Shown one piece after another: positions 24,560-36,910 of a stretch of 64,000 bases of DNA. The stretch comes from Lama glama (lineage: Eukaryota). Below the pieces are notes generated by a model. The model worked only from the letters and a program-made list of their open reading frames with translations, had not been told where the DNA came from and did not search any database. The stretch spans positions 59,522,001 through 59,586,000 of the forward strand of contig CM052816.1 in the NCBI GenBank assembly GCA_028534125.1, given 5' to 3'. The first letter of the stretch is position 1, and the number at the start of each line of letters is the position of its first letter. Position numbers and translations under genes: made by a program.

Positions 24560-24930
24560 ACCTAGTCATGATATTAGATGTGCTTGTGTTACATTATTAT
24601 GCCTAAAAACTCTCCACCTTTGAGTACAGCAGTATAATTTGTGTATATTTTTTCTTGTATGATTCTTTGTATGTCCTGGAATTAATAATTACTTCTTTAA
24701 ATTTTTGCTTGATTTTCTATGTCCCATTACTATTTTTATCCCGATGACTTAGTGGCATTGTAAATGGCTCTCTAAATATTTCCCATACTTTGCATCCATC
24801 CCACTTCCTCCCCCACAACCCTGAGACCTCCCTCTGGGAACCCTCCATCCTTTTGCTCTAATCTGAGCCTGTTGTTCTCTAGGTCTGCTACTCAGCTGTC
24901 ATCTGGGGACTTCCCTTGACTGTCCCTTGA
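24560..24930 (-). mobile_element. HAL1 / old L1-related fragment
   Basis: gctctaatctgagcctgttgttctctaggtctgctactcagctgtcatctggggacttccctt matches reverse-complement HAL1 as recalled. Confidence 0.65.
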
Positions 24931-25130
24931 TGATATAAATGTGGTTCAAGAAATTTTATCTGGCAGCCTTTTGTGGGACATATTGGGGCCAGGAGAGGTG
25001 GAAGCGAGAAGACTAGTTCAGAGGACTTTGGAATAAGCCCAGGCTTGAAATAATTAGAAGAATTTCAAATGCAGGCTTATGAGTGAGTCACAGGCTCTTT
25101 TCGGGTTTAGTGATAGTATTTCCAGAAGAC

Positions 25131-25198
25131 ATAATAATAATAACAATAACAATATTATTACTGTTGTTGTTGTTGTTGTTATTATTATTATTATTATT
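25131..25198. repeat. Compound (AAT)n/(AAC)n-(GTT)n/(ATT)n microsatellite
   Basis: ataataataataacaataacaatattattactgttgttgttgttgttgttattattattattattatt. Confidence 0.92.
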
Positions 25199-25200
25199 CC

Positions 25201-25658
25201 TGTATCAGTCAAGGTTCAGTCATGCAAGCAGGGTCACTATGGGTGTAATAGGATAAGAGGTTTACTTTATAACTAGATTTTACACAACTGTGGGAGGAAA
25301 GGAGAAGTGGAAGACCAGAGGATTCACCAGCTCTTCAAACTAGAACTCAAGCACGTCCAGCCACTGAAATGAGATCATGAAGGGGGTGGGAAAAGTCTGG
25401 GTCCTCAGCGTCATGCCTAGTGATGATTGGGCGCCACTGTTGGTCAGTAATCTGGAAGAAGGGCTAGGGAGCAGAGAGCCAGGATAAGCTGGACCTTGCT
25501 GGCATCGCTGCATCCATCTGTCACTTCTAACTACATGATGTCCAGAGAGCAGTGGCTAATGCTTTTCTTTTGCACAAGTACCTCCCTTGGCCAACTCTAG
25601 CCAAGGATCACCTGGATGAGGGAAACACAGCTCCAACTTAACTAAACTGACAACTGGT
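25201..25658 (-). mobile_element. Old ERVL-class LTR, interrupted by MLT1B
   Basis: Begins tgtatcagtcaaggttcagtca..., typical of a reverse-oriented ERVL/MaLR LTR end; subfamily uncertain. Confidence 0.55.
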
Positions 25659-26071
25659 TATTATGGACTGAATTATGTGACCATCTCTCCCACTACCCCC
25701 CAAATTCATATGGTGAAGTCCCAACCCCTAGAACCTCAGAATGTGACTGTGTTTAAGACACGGTCTTCAAAGAAGTAACTTAAGTTAAATGAGGTCATTA
25801 AGGTGGGCTCAATCCACTATGACTGATGTCTTCATGAGAAGACATGAGAAGAGGAGATGAGGACATAGACACAGAAGGAAGACCATGTGAAGACACAGGG
25901 AGGAGAAGACAGCCCCCTACAAGCCAAGGAGAGGGGCCTCAGAAGAAATCAACCTTGTCAACATTGTGCTCTTAGTCTTCCAGCCTCCAAAACTGTGAGA
26001 AAATAAATTTCTGTCATCTACGCCACCCCATCTGTGGTACTTTGTCATGGTAGCCCTAACAAACTAATACA
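25659..26071 (+). mobile_element. MLT1B solo LTR (MaLR)
   Basis: tattatggactgaattatgtg...caaattcatatggtgaagtcc...cagcctccaaaactgtgagaaaataaatttctg...ccctaacaaactaataca; 5-bp TSD ctggt/ctgat. Confidence 0.92.
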
Positions 26072-26169
26072 CTGATCAATCCAGCACAATGCCTTACATT
26101 TGTATATTGCTTTATACACAGAAAAGCATTTCAACCTGGTAACAGCAAGCCCTGAGAATCATAGAAAAC

Positions 26170-26279
26170 ACTTACACAGAGTTACTATGTGCTAGGCATT
26201 GTTCTGAGCACTTTACAGATACTAACGTATTTAATCCACACATCAATCTTATGAGATAGATGACTATTTTCATTCCCAT
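26170..26279 (-). mobile_element. MIR SINE running into gap
   Basis: ttactatgtgctaggcattgttctgagcactttaca...tttaatccacacatcaatcttatgagatagatgactattttcattcccat. Confidence 0.8.
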
Positions 26280-26779
26280 NNNNNNNNNNNNNNNNNNNNN
26301 NNNNNNNNNNNNNNNNNNNNNNNNNNNNNNNNNNNNNNNNNNNNNNNNNNNNNNNNNNNNNNNNNNNNNNNNNNNNNNNNNNNNNNNNNNNNNNNNNNNN
26401 NNNNNNNNNNNNNNNNNNNNNNNNNNNNNNNNNNNNNNNNNNNNNNNNNNNNNNNNNNNNNNNNNNNNNNNNNNNNNNNNNNNNNNNNNNNNNNNNNNNN
26501 NNNNNNNNNNNNNNNNNNNNNNNNNNNNNNNNNNNNNNNNNNNNNNNNNNNNNNNNNNNNNNNNNNNNNNNNNNNNNNNNNNNNNNNNNNNNNNNNNNNN
26601 NNNNNNNNNNNNNNNNNNNNNNNNNNNNNNNNNNNNNNNNNNNNNNNNNNNNNNNNNNNNNNNNNNNNNNNNNNNNNNNNNNNNNNNNNNNNNNNNNNNN
26701 NNNNNNNNNNNNNNNNNNNNNNNNNNNNNNNNNNNNNNNNNNNNNNNNNNNNNNNNNNNNNNNNNNNNNNNNNNNNNNN
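26280..26779. other. Assembly gap (500 N)
   Basis: N run. Confidence 1.
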
Positions 26780-28713
26780 TAAATGAATTAAAGTCTGAAA
26801 AACAGTGCTCCCTTGGGATGTGGCAGAACACTGAGCACTGTGCATTTCTCCAAGTAAAACTTCCTTCTTCTAAGTTGTGACAACAGACTTGCATGTTTGT
26901 ACATGGAGGCAGATGGAAGGTATAATTGGTATCAGGATTCACAACCTGGGTTTGAGCCACACAAATGTGATAATTCTCCATTTTAAAGAAGACCATTTGC
27001 ACTGGGGGCCTATATGTTTCCAAAAATATTATTTCTGTTAAAAGCAGACTTCCACACTGAACTGACTGAACAGGTCATTTAGAGAAATGCACTCTCAGAA
27101 TCTGACTTTAAATCCACCTCCAGATAAAGCAAGTGGTTAAGTAGACGTCGTGGACTCACGGCAGTGAGACATCAATGTGCTGTGAATATACTCTATTTAC
27201 CGGCTTGTCAGACTGGGTGAAGCTCAGCTGTTCACATAAGAATTGTATGGTTTATTAAAGTCTCAAATAAAAACTCTATTTTTGAGCTTAAGATTCCAAT
27301 AAAGGAAAATAAAAGAGATTGCTCATCTATAGACCAAGCAGAAATATGAGAGTGGCCTGCCAAGCTCAAAGCAGAACAAGAATGTGGCTGCTGCAGCCAA
27401 GTTCAGCTATCATAAATTTAAGTATGTGTTCCTTCTCCTTGACCATGGCTTCCTCCCGTCACTTAAAGGAAGAGCTGACTCTTCCACTGCAGACATGCAC
27501 CAGCCTTGGAGAAAAGCTAAAAAAGTAAATTAAAATGCCCCAAGATATTTACAAGCCTAAAAAAATGTTCACCAGCGTCAAGCTCTTTCCAGCTTGCCTC
27601 GTGATGAGGCTACATAGATGAAATTGTGTGACGACAACCAAACGCATCGCCATGCTTACCTGTGAATAGAACTCTCTAGCTCAGAGATCAGAAAAAGAAA
27701 TTCGAGAGAGGAAAGAAAAACAAACCACATGGGACTTTAATGAGGAACATTTAAGTGCTAAATAAAGAGCAAAGAAAGTCACCAGGAAAGAAAACAGAAT
27801 TATTACTACACTGCGTCAGAACCACCATCCTGATAACAGTGTTTTTCCCACATAAGCAATATGGTTGTGTGTACTGAAGTATTCTTTGGATGGAAGTCAT
27901 ATGATCAAGCCACCCTGTGTTTAGGGGACATGACTAGTCTTAGAGATAAGACCATACATGTCGTCAGATGTAACACTTCTCTCATTTATGTGGGCGGAAG
28001 ACATTTACAGTCAGAAACCAGAACTGAGCTGGGGTTTTGAGGTAGCTGTCCAGTGAAGAATCTCTTAGATCTCAATAGGGCTGAAGGCAAGGTCACTTGG
28101 GCACCACTTCTTATGCAGCAAAAAAGGGGAAAAATACAGTTAGGATCTGTTTGTAGCAACAGGCTACAAACTGGGAAGCAAGGGGCCTTGAAAAGTTGTG
28201 TAAACTTTTGTATCAATATTGCCTTGTCAGCAAATTAACTCTGGCAGCTCTATAAACCGTTTCTGGTTGGGTGAAAGGTTTCTTCAAACTTTGATTTTTT
28301 TCCTATCTTATTATGGAAATGGAGGAGGAGGAAGAAGGGAACAAGCATTTATCAGTGTGTACTATGTGTCCAGAATGCTACATATGTGCTCAAAAAGGTC
28401 CCCAACAATCCTGCCTTTGGAGCTTCCCTTGAACGCTCAGTGAATGTAACCTGAGGCTCTGTTCCACACGATCTCATCTTCATGGGTTCTTTCTTCCTTA
28501 ATAACTCTTAGTCTTGCAGAAAGATGCACCCACATGTGCTTCCATCTGACCTCTGTCACCTCTCAACCTGGACTTCTCCTCCAGCCATTTCTCTCCACAA
28601 TCCTGCCTTCCATCCACCCCGAGGTATGAACCAAGGTCTTTCTCTTTCCCAGAAAGCACAACTCCCACCTAGTTTTAGTGCACGATAAGACTTCACAAAT
28701 GGCAGGAGAATAC

Positions 28714-29158
28714 TGTAAGACAATTACAATGCCAAGATGGAAAATTCAGACCATGCACCGGAAACCCTACTCCCAGAAACCATGAACTGAGCTCCTGCAT
28801 ACGGACCAGCTGTTGGCTGCTTCCTTCTGAGACCCCGTCTACAGCCCTGGTCAGGGGCCACCCCAACTCCTTTGACTGTACTCACTTACTGTAGGCCAAG
28901 TTTCTCTCAATCTGTCTTAATGTCCCAGACCAGCCTTTTACACTATTACGCATAAAAGTCTTGTTCCTCATTCTCCAGAATGTCTTGGTTATAAAATGGA
29001 GTTTGGCCTTTTCTTTCGGATAGCTAAATTCCCCCTTGAAATGCTGTTCTCAGGCAAAGAAGCCAACTTCCTGTAAAAGTACATTCTTGAGCAATAGATA
29101 TAAACTACACAGGTGGCCTTCAGATGGTAATTTTATATGCGGTTTTTCTTTTTAGACA
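28714..29158 (+). mobile_element. Possible ERV1-class solo LTR
   Basis: TG...CA bounded (tgtaaga...tttttagaca), about 445 bp, TATA-like ttataaaa; no clean TSD and family not identified. Confidence 0.4.
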
Positions 29159-29224
29159 AGGCTACTCATAGATGATCCCACTGTATACAATGTATACAGC
29201 CCAGACCTTGAACTTACTGATTTC

Positions 29225-29520
29225 TTCTTGCCTATCTTCCCTTAACAACAAGAACATAGGTTTCATAAGGGTGTGATTTTGGGGGTTGTGTGTCATTATC
29301 TAAATCAGTGTCCGACACCTAGTAGGCATTCAGTAGACATTTGTCAAGGGAATAAATCTTATTTAGCCCTCAGTATAAGCCTACAGGATAGATATTATGA
29401 GGCTCATTCTACAGAAGAGGAAAAGATGCTACAAGAACACAAGCGGCTTTTCCAGAATCCCACTGATGGGAGGTTACAGAACACTGTGGACGGGCTTCAG
29501 AGCCAGTGTTATTTCTGCTA
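29225..29520. mobile_element. Adjacent L2 terminus (+) and MIR (-) remnants
   Basis: cctagtaggcattcagtagacatttgtcaaggaat; then gctcattctacagaagaggaaa. Confidence 0.55.
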
Positions 29521-29844
29521 CATTTACTTGTTATCATTTTGTTCCCGACAGTAGCTGGCAGGTCTAGCCTGTCTCAGCTTTGTTCAGGGCTTTGTCTGAA
29601 TGTAACCAGGCATTTAAAGAGGACTGCTTCTTAGGGTAGTGACAGTGGTGGTGCTAGAGACCCAAGGGGAAGGTGAAACGCAACAGAATGGAGGCAAGAC
29701 CACATAATCCAAGGGCCTTATCCTTCTTGAATTCCTCCTTACTAGGCTCAATGCTCACCTTTGCTAAATACAAAATGAAACAAACACCCTAGTACCTGGT
29801 AGACTTCGCTGGGTTTTTCAGCATGGATTTGTTTCACATTTGAG

Positions 29845-29877
29845 CCAAACTTTAGTCTCTGGTCCAAACTTTAGTCT
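29845..29877. repeat. 14-bp direct duplication, 19-bp period
   Basis: ccaaactttagtct ctggt ccaaactttagtct. Confidence 0.9.
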
Positions 29878-30356
29878 TGAAGAGTATATTTTGGTGCTAT
29901 AGAACAGAGCAAACTTGGGGTGATCAACAGTGGAATTAATCTATAAATTTGAAACCCTGGGGCACACAGTGCCAAGCCTATGTACCCACAGGCCACCATG
30001 AGTTAAAAAAAAAAGAAACAGGATAAAGAGTAAAAAAGAAAAGAAAGGCTTGGAAAGTCACACTGTGTGTCTTGTTAGCTTTGCTACTAGCATGGGATAT
30101 AACTCACACTAGGGATGTAGTAAATACCTGATGGTTGACTAACTGGATGAATTCCAATTCACCCTATGCTAGTTTGTTCTTGAGGATCTCCGGGATCTTC
30201 TGAAGGACAATAGAGCTGGTAGCTTTATGGATTCACACCTAAAGATGTCAAGACTCCTGACTTTATATGTCTGAAATTCAGTGAATTGTAGGGAAGAGCT
30301 AACATACACAAAAATGGGAGAGGCTGCCCAACCAAAGTCCCTCCAGTACACAGGTC

Positions 30357-31335
30357 TGTGTCAGCCTACTGCATCTGGCAAACATTTCATTCACCTGCTC
30401 TCTAGACAAGTGATGGAGTGGCCATCTTTGTTAGATGCCTCCATCTTCCTGGCCTGCTAGATTGGTTGAAAGTTGCACTGAATTAGGAAGTCACATTTCT
30501 CCTGTTTATTTTGTATCTAAAATCAATAGGGAAGATTCTACTTCTCTCTGGCTGTGAACTTATTAGGGACTAGACGTGAACACAGTATTGCTGATGGCTG
30601 GGTTCCTGCCATCCAGAGAAACTGGTTTAAGAGACTGCTGCTGGCATTATTCATAATAGCCAAAAGGTAGAAACACCCAATTATCTGTCAATTTATGCAT
30701 GAGAAATAAAATGGGCTATCTCCATACAACAGAATATTAATCAGCCATAAAAAGGAATGAAGTAATGATTTCTATTACATAGGAAAACTTTGACAACATG
30801 ACATTAAGTGAAAGCAGCTAGTCACAAAGGACCACATATTGTATGATTTTATTTATAAGAAATATTCAGAAAAGGCAGCTGTATTGAGACAGAAAGCAGG
30901 TTAGTGGTTAGTGTTGTGGGTGAGGGGAAGGTTGCGTGATGGCTAAGTGCAAGGTTTCTTTTCAAATAGTGAAAATATTCTAAAGTTGATTATGGTGATG
31001 GACACACAACTCTGAACATACTAAAAGCCATTGGATTGCACACTTTAAATGGGCCACTTGTGTGATATGTCAATGATATCTCAATAAAGCAGTTCAAAGA
31101 GGGAGAGAATGCTGTTAACAAAAAGAGAAGCAGAGACAAAAGAGGGACAGAGAGGATTCAGATGGTGCTTGAGTCCCTAGTTCTAGACTTTTATTCTGCA
31201 TATTCTATCCTTGCTTTTTCCAAAATTTGGTTTGTTGTGCCAATAAAATCCCTATGCCTCCTTTTCTCTCCTTCCCTTTCCTTTTTTCCTGCTCCCCCTA
31301 ATTCAAGTTGGGTTTCTGCTACTTGCCATCACAGC
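30357..31335 (+). mobile_element. Old ERVL-class LTR (LTR33-like) split by an L1
   Basis: 3' part ...gccaataaaatccct...caagttgggtttctgctacttgcca is a typical ERVL/MaLR LTR end; 5' part precedes the L1. Confidence 0.6.
30641..31104 (+). mobile_element. L1MB-type 3' end
   Basis: gcattattcataatagccaaaaggtagaaac...cagccataaaaaggaatgaagta...cactttaaatggg...atatctcaataaagc; TSD gagactgctg (30631-30640) / gagaatgctg (31105-31114). Confidence 0.9.
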
Positions 31336-32071
31336 CTTCCTTTTACGTTTAGAGGGTAGTGGGGCTGTGCTCCTCCATCAGAAGACTGATTTTCATGTCA
31401 AATAGAATATGACCACAGGTCTTTATACATGATGGATGCTTGATAAATGTTTATTGAACTTAAATAAACATTTCCAAACTGAAATGACGGAGCTTTACCC
31501 ATGGGGACTTGAGTCCAAGAGCCTCTTCGTTCAGCTCAAGTTGGTTTTCTTTGATGATATTATGCCAAGTTATTTCCAAAACCCTATCTGGGTGATTTTT
31601 TCTGGCATTCATAATTTCCCCTGAAGGAAAATTTCAACTTTCACTCGCTGCCTTAAATTGAACTGAACTGTATGGAGGGACTTGAAGGCCAATTTTTGAG
31701 TGTTTCCACAAGTTTCTAGGTGGTGTTGTGAAAATGAAAGAACTTTTCAAACCCAAGCAAATGAGATAATTACAGGTCAGAGTGGACAGAACTGCGCGTG
31801 GAGGCTGGCAATGGCAGCACCATTGGCCCAACACAGATCAGTCTTCTGCATGCAAACACACACACACACACCCACTCGCACCCATGTCTCTGTAAACAAA
31901 GATAGTTTATGTTGCCGGATATTTTCCTTGACTATTTCTGGCCTATGAGGCTATTAAGGAAAAAAAAATGCTAGTGAATTTTCTATTAGACTCATTCAAA
32001 TATATGGAAAATACATCTCCATGATGCAGTACAATGATTATGTTTAAACTCCTTATAGAACACGTGCATAT

Positions 32072-32257
32072 CAGTGGTGCTCAAACTTGAGCATGCATCG
32101 TAAGCACCTGAAGGGCTTGTTAAAACACAAGTCACAGGGCCCCATTCCCAGAGTTTCTGATTCAGTGGGTCTAGAGCAGGCCTGGAAATGTGCATTCCTA
32201 ACAAGTTCCCAGGGGATGCAGATGCTGCAGGCCTGGGGACCACTCTGAGAGCCACTG
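32072..32257. mobile_element. MER5A (hAT-Charlie MITE), full length
   Basis: TIRs cagtggtgctcaaa ... tctgagagccactg; internal cccagagtttctgattcagtgggtct and taacaagttcccagg. Confidence 0.92.
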
Positions 32258-33004
32258 ACTTACAGTATATGGTTGGGGGCTTCATTGTTTAAACCTGATA
32301 TTTAATCATCTTATAGGTTATTTAAATTGGTTATATAAATTGGAATTTGACCCAGGGACCTGGATGTGAAAGTTTCATAGCTCATTTCTAATTCACAAAG
32401 CCCCCATTTTAAATTAAATCATCATTACTTTAGTTTTCCAATGTTCCATTGCAAACACCAGTTTTTGTCCAGTTCCATGGTCGCCCTTTCCACATTGGCT
32501 CACTCCCAACGTCATTATAATCCTTCTGGGACCACCGGAAATGTGAATTCCCAACTGTACAGGGTCTAGCAAAGAAAGCAGAGGAGGTAGGAGGAGTGGG
32601 TGGATTCTAAGCTATCATCTGCACAGCCGTCTAAAAATAAGTCCTTTAAGTCAAGAAGATTGGCCTCAAGATGAAAATGAGATGATTAAGAACATTTTGC
32701 AGAATTGCATCTGAGGTATATAAGTCATTACGTGACATTTCCCTTTTTCCCTCCACTGGGAGAAGAGTAATGTGCTGAAATGCCTAAATACCAAACTTTG
32801 TGTGACTTCAAATAAAATTATGAGAAAGGGCAAGTCAGCACAAGGGACACAAGGAATTTCAGTGCTCAGCTTTAAAATGTTTGTGCTAAGCTTAGTAAGT
32901 CCTCCAAAAGAGCAGTGTTCCGTGCATGCATGGTGTGCAGGAACACAGAAGATGTTCTTACATGCATGTATCTGTGTCTTTTATTAGACTTTTGGATCTT
33001 TCAA

Positions 33005-34285
33005 AATTTTTAATGTAATGTATACAGAGAATTGCATACCGAACTGTACAGCTTAAAATTTTACAAACTGAACACACCTATGTAATCAGTATCCAGATAA
33101 AGGAAGAAGTCATTACCATCTCCCCAGAATCCTCCCTGTGCTCCCTCAAGCTACTCTCTCCCCTTGAGGTAACCACTGTCTAGTCTTCTGACAGCATATA
33201 GATTTGCCCTTTAAGTCTGCTTTTATGTAAATGGAATCACACAGTATATTTTTATGTCTGACTTCTTTCATATTTGTGAGAACAATCAAGCCCTGACACA
33301 CTAAAAATTTAATGTTGTGATTGGAAAAGTCATACACATGGTAAAATGAAGAAGCAAAATTCAAACAAAGCCAAAGGATATAGAATATAAATAAGTAGGT
33401 CTGTGTGAGGTTTGGTGGTAGGTATTCCATTGTGTGGACACACCTCAATACATTAACCCTTTCTACCTACCGGTGATACGCATTTGGGTAATTTCCAGTT
33501 TCGGACTATTATGTCTAGAACTATGGACTTTTTAGCATACTTCTCCCGATGAACGTATGTATGCACTTCTGTTTGGTTTTGAGAATGGACTGCTAGGTCA
33601 CCGATGATGTGTAAGGCCAGCTTTAGGAGATACTGACAAATCCATAGTAGTTTCTAAAGGGGTTTTCCCAATGCATACTTGACCCAGGAGACAGAAATAC
33701 TCCAGTTTCTCCACATCCTCAGAAAATGTGAAAAATTCCCATCTTATTTACTTTTTAGCCATTCTGTCATTGTGTACTATTATCTCACTGTATGTTAAAT
33801 TTATATTTCATAATGACTAATGGAGATGAACACTTTTTCCTCTGTGGGTTTTTGTTGTTGCTGTTTGCCATATACACATTATCTTCTTTGGCAAAGTATC
33901 TGTTTAAGTCTTTTGTCCATTTCTTACTGATTCATAGAATTCTTTACATATTCAGGGTGCAGTTCCTTTGTCAGATATCTGTATTGTGAATATCATCTCC
34001 TACTAGGTGAGTTTCTTTTCCACTCTTTTCAGTGTCTTTGATTACCGTTTTTCCTTTTATGATGATCACTTTTGGTGACCTGTATTAGAAGGCTTTTTGT
34101 CTACTGCAGTCTCACAAAGATGGGCTCCTCTGTTTTCTTCCAAAAGTTATTGTTTTACCTTTTATGTTAAAATCTGTAGTCTATCTGGAACTAATTTTCA
34201 TCTATAATATGAAGTAGGAGTCAAGGTTCTTTTTTTTTTTCTGAGTGGGTATCCAGCATCATTTATTAAAAAGACCATCTTGTCC
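33005..34285 (-). mobile_element. Old L1 (L1MC/L1ME-type) 3' region
   Basis: ggtaaccactgtctagtcttctgacagcatatagatttgcc, atttgggtaatttccagtttc, ttttagccattctg, ccagcatcatttattaaaaagacc. Confidence 0.85.
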
Positions 34286-34567
34286 TCATTTGTGTCTTGT
34301 ATAGACCTGAAAGACTTCCTCTGGATATCCTTTCAATTTTTCATTCAAGGTGGCTCTTGGATATATTTTTTTTTCTTATTTTCACAAGCACAATTCTTGA
34401 CTTTGGTTAGGCTCTTCCCCCTGGGCCTTTGCCACAACCATCCTACCTGGCATCTCTGTTCCCACGATGTGGTCACTCTAGTGGCTATTCTCCTCTCATT
34501 ATTCTCAGTAATTCTAGGTTAATTATCCTAATCCACATTTGCATCACATTAAATGAGTGAAGAGATA

Positions 34568-35095
34568 TGTACATTAATTTTCTCTGGCTGTTGTTATAAA
34601 TTGCCAGAAACTTAGTGGCTTAAGACCACAGAAATGTATTCTCTCACAGTTCTGGAGGCCAGAAGTCTGAAATCAGTGTCAGTGGCTAAAATCAAGGTGT
34701 CCCCAGGACCACATTCCCTCTAGAGGTTCTAGGGCAGAATCTGTTCCTTGCCTTTTCCAGGTTCTGGTGGTTCCTGGCACCCCTGGCTTGTGGCTACATC
34801 ACTGTGATCTCCCAGTGCAGCATCTTCAAATCTCTCTCTGGTCCATCTTCACATCACCTCCTTTGTGTGTGTGCTCAAATCTCCTTTTGATTCCCTCTCA
34901 GAAGGAAATGTGTGATTGCATTCAGGCCCTTACTCCCTCCCCAACCCCCTGCCCCCTTAACCCTCCCATCTCAAGATACTTACCTTAATCACATCTGCAA
35001 AGCTCCTGTTTCCATAAGAGGTAACATTCACAAGGTTCCAGGGATTAGAACCTGATATTTTGAGAGGGAGATGTGCTATTTTTCAGCCTATCCCA
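34568..35095 (-). mobile_element. MLT1C/D-type solo LTR (MaLR)
   Basis: acttagtggcttaagaccacagaaatgtattctctcacagttctggaggccagaagtctgaaatcag...cttaatcacatctgcaaag...ggttccagggattag. Confidence 0.88.
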
Positions 35096-35472
35096 AAAGG
35101 TTCCAGTCAAGCCCTAATGTGTTTTAAAATTTTAATTTTGTGATTAAAAAAATAATACATGTGATAAAAAATCCAAACAGTGCCAAAGGGTATAAAGGAA
35201 AAGCGGACTCATTCAACCCCAGGCCTCATTGCAGTCCCTTTCCTCAGAGCCAAGAGCTTTCTGCGTATAATTCTAGAAGCGTCCTCTGGATATGCAGCAT
35301 ATATGGGGTATGTGTATGTATTTAACTAGTTTTCAGTTTATGGATATTTAACTTGCTTGTAGTCTTTTGCTATCACAGACAATGCAATGAACATCTCTGT
35401 ATTTACAGCCTCAAGCTATTTGCTTCTAGAGGATGAATTCCTAGAGATGAAATTGCTGGCTCACAGAGTATA

Positions 35473-35796
35473 TGTTTTAGTCTGTTTGGGCTTGTAAACA
35501 ACAGACATTTACTTCTCATAGTTCTGGAGGCTGGATGACCAAGGTCACGGTGTCAGCGCAGGCTGATTCGGTGAGGGTCCTTTCCAGGTGCTAGACCACT
35601 GACTTCTTGTTGTATCTTCACATGGCAGAGAGCACAGGACACTAATCCCATGCATGAGGGCTACACTCCCATGACCTCATCTAATCCTAGTTACCTCCCA
35701 AGGGCCCCACCTCCTAACACCATCACATTGTGGGTAGGGTCAGTGGGGTGGGTATGGTTTCAACATATGAATTTGGAAGGGGATGCAAACACAACA
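35473..35796 (-). mobile_element. MLT1A-type solo LTR with internal deletions
   Basis: tgttttagtctgtttgggc...ttctcatagttctggaggctgg...ggccccacctcctaacaccatcacattg...ttcaacatatgaattt; TSD gtata/gtatg; inserted in an old L1 remnant. Confidence 0.88.
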
Positions 35797-36094
35797 GTAT
35801 GTGAATTAAAATTTTTGATACAAATTGCCAGCTGTCTGCACAGAGGCAGAGACTGTCTTGATTTCTGGTCCCGCTACAGATGTACCCTATCACTTTTCAC
35901 ATCACATGAAAATTGATTACTTGTTTCAGGGAAACTAGTTGGGACTGCAAGCATGCTGCAGGAAGGAGGGATTAGAGGCAGTGCAAAGACTGATGCAGTT
36001 GTCTGGCTCCGACAGAACAACGTCTGGGGCCAGAGTGGGTGGATACAGAATCCAGAGAAAAGAATACATCTGAAATGAATGAACCTGTAAGATG

Positions 36095-36256
36095 GGGATT
36101 GGCTACCTGGTTGGCAAGGCCCAGTGTCAAATGCAAACGTGGGTCTACTGTTCAAAAATTGGTAAGACTTTCAATGAGGTGACAGGAGAGCATTAAACCA
36201 AGAGCAAGGCTCTTCTCAGCATAGGGCCTGGGGTGCTCACCCATGAAACTGGCCTG
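36095..36256 (-). mobile_element. MER91-type hAT-Tip100 MITE
   Basis: Reverse complement caggccagtttcatggg...cttggtttaatgctctcctgtcacc...aatttttgaacag...gacactgggcc follows MER91A as recalled. Confidence 0.75.
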
Positions 36257-36559
36257 CAGAAGGCTTGGCAATAGATAAAACATGGAGCACAATGAAGAAT
36301 TAAAATCCCAGGAACTTAAGAACATAAAGTGAACAAAAGGTATCACACCATTATCTCCATCATCATCAATGACACTATCATCAGAACCATCTGTTTGTTG
36401 AGTGCCAAATACCTCTAGCACATTTTGAACATCCCAGAGGAGACAAGCTGTGTGTTTGTCCTGGGCGACTTATAATTTAGTTGAGGCCAGAGTCAGGAAA
36501 TGACAACAAATAATGAAGGGGGTGATGCTTCAGTCCTAGTGTGAATCAGGATCAGCTAG

Positions 36560-36910
36560 GGGAACTTGATAATACTACCAAGGCCCTATTCACTGAGATC
36601 GGACTTCTGTATTTTCTATTAGCTTTCCATGTGATTCTGATGCACACTAAAGTTGGAGACCCACTGAAAGGGACCCACTGCTGTATGATACTGTCAGGAT
36701 ATTGACAGTACCCGCTACAGGGGTGCCATGAGGCTTTGGACGAGGTTCTCAAACTTGAGTGAGTATTGGAATCAGCTGGGGATCTTGTTAAAATGCCGGT
36801 TCCTGATTTCACTACTTGAAATTCTTATTTTGTGGGTCTGGAGCAGGGACTCAGAAGCTGGCATTTCATTCTGAGGTAGATATTTGAGGACCACAGTTTA
36901 AAAACAATGG
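36560..36910. mobile_element. Two MER5-family MITE remnants
   Basis: gtgattctgatgcacactaaagttggagacccactg (~36630-36667); ggttctcaaacttgagtgagtattggaatcagctggggatcttgttaaaatgc...ggaccacagtttaaaaacaatg (~36742-36909). Confidence 0.75.

Noticed and set aside
24112..24606. 164-aa ORF, the longest without Ns
   Set aside because: Lies in pyrimidine-rich degenerate repeat sequence, is L/S/P-rich, and has no recognisable domain.
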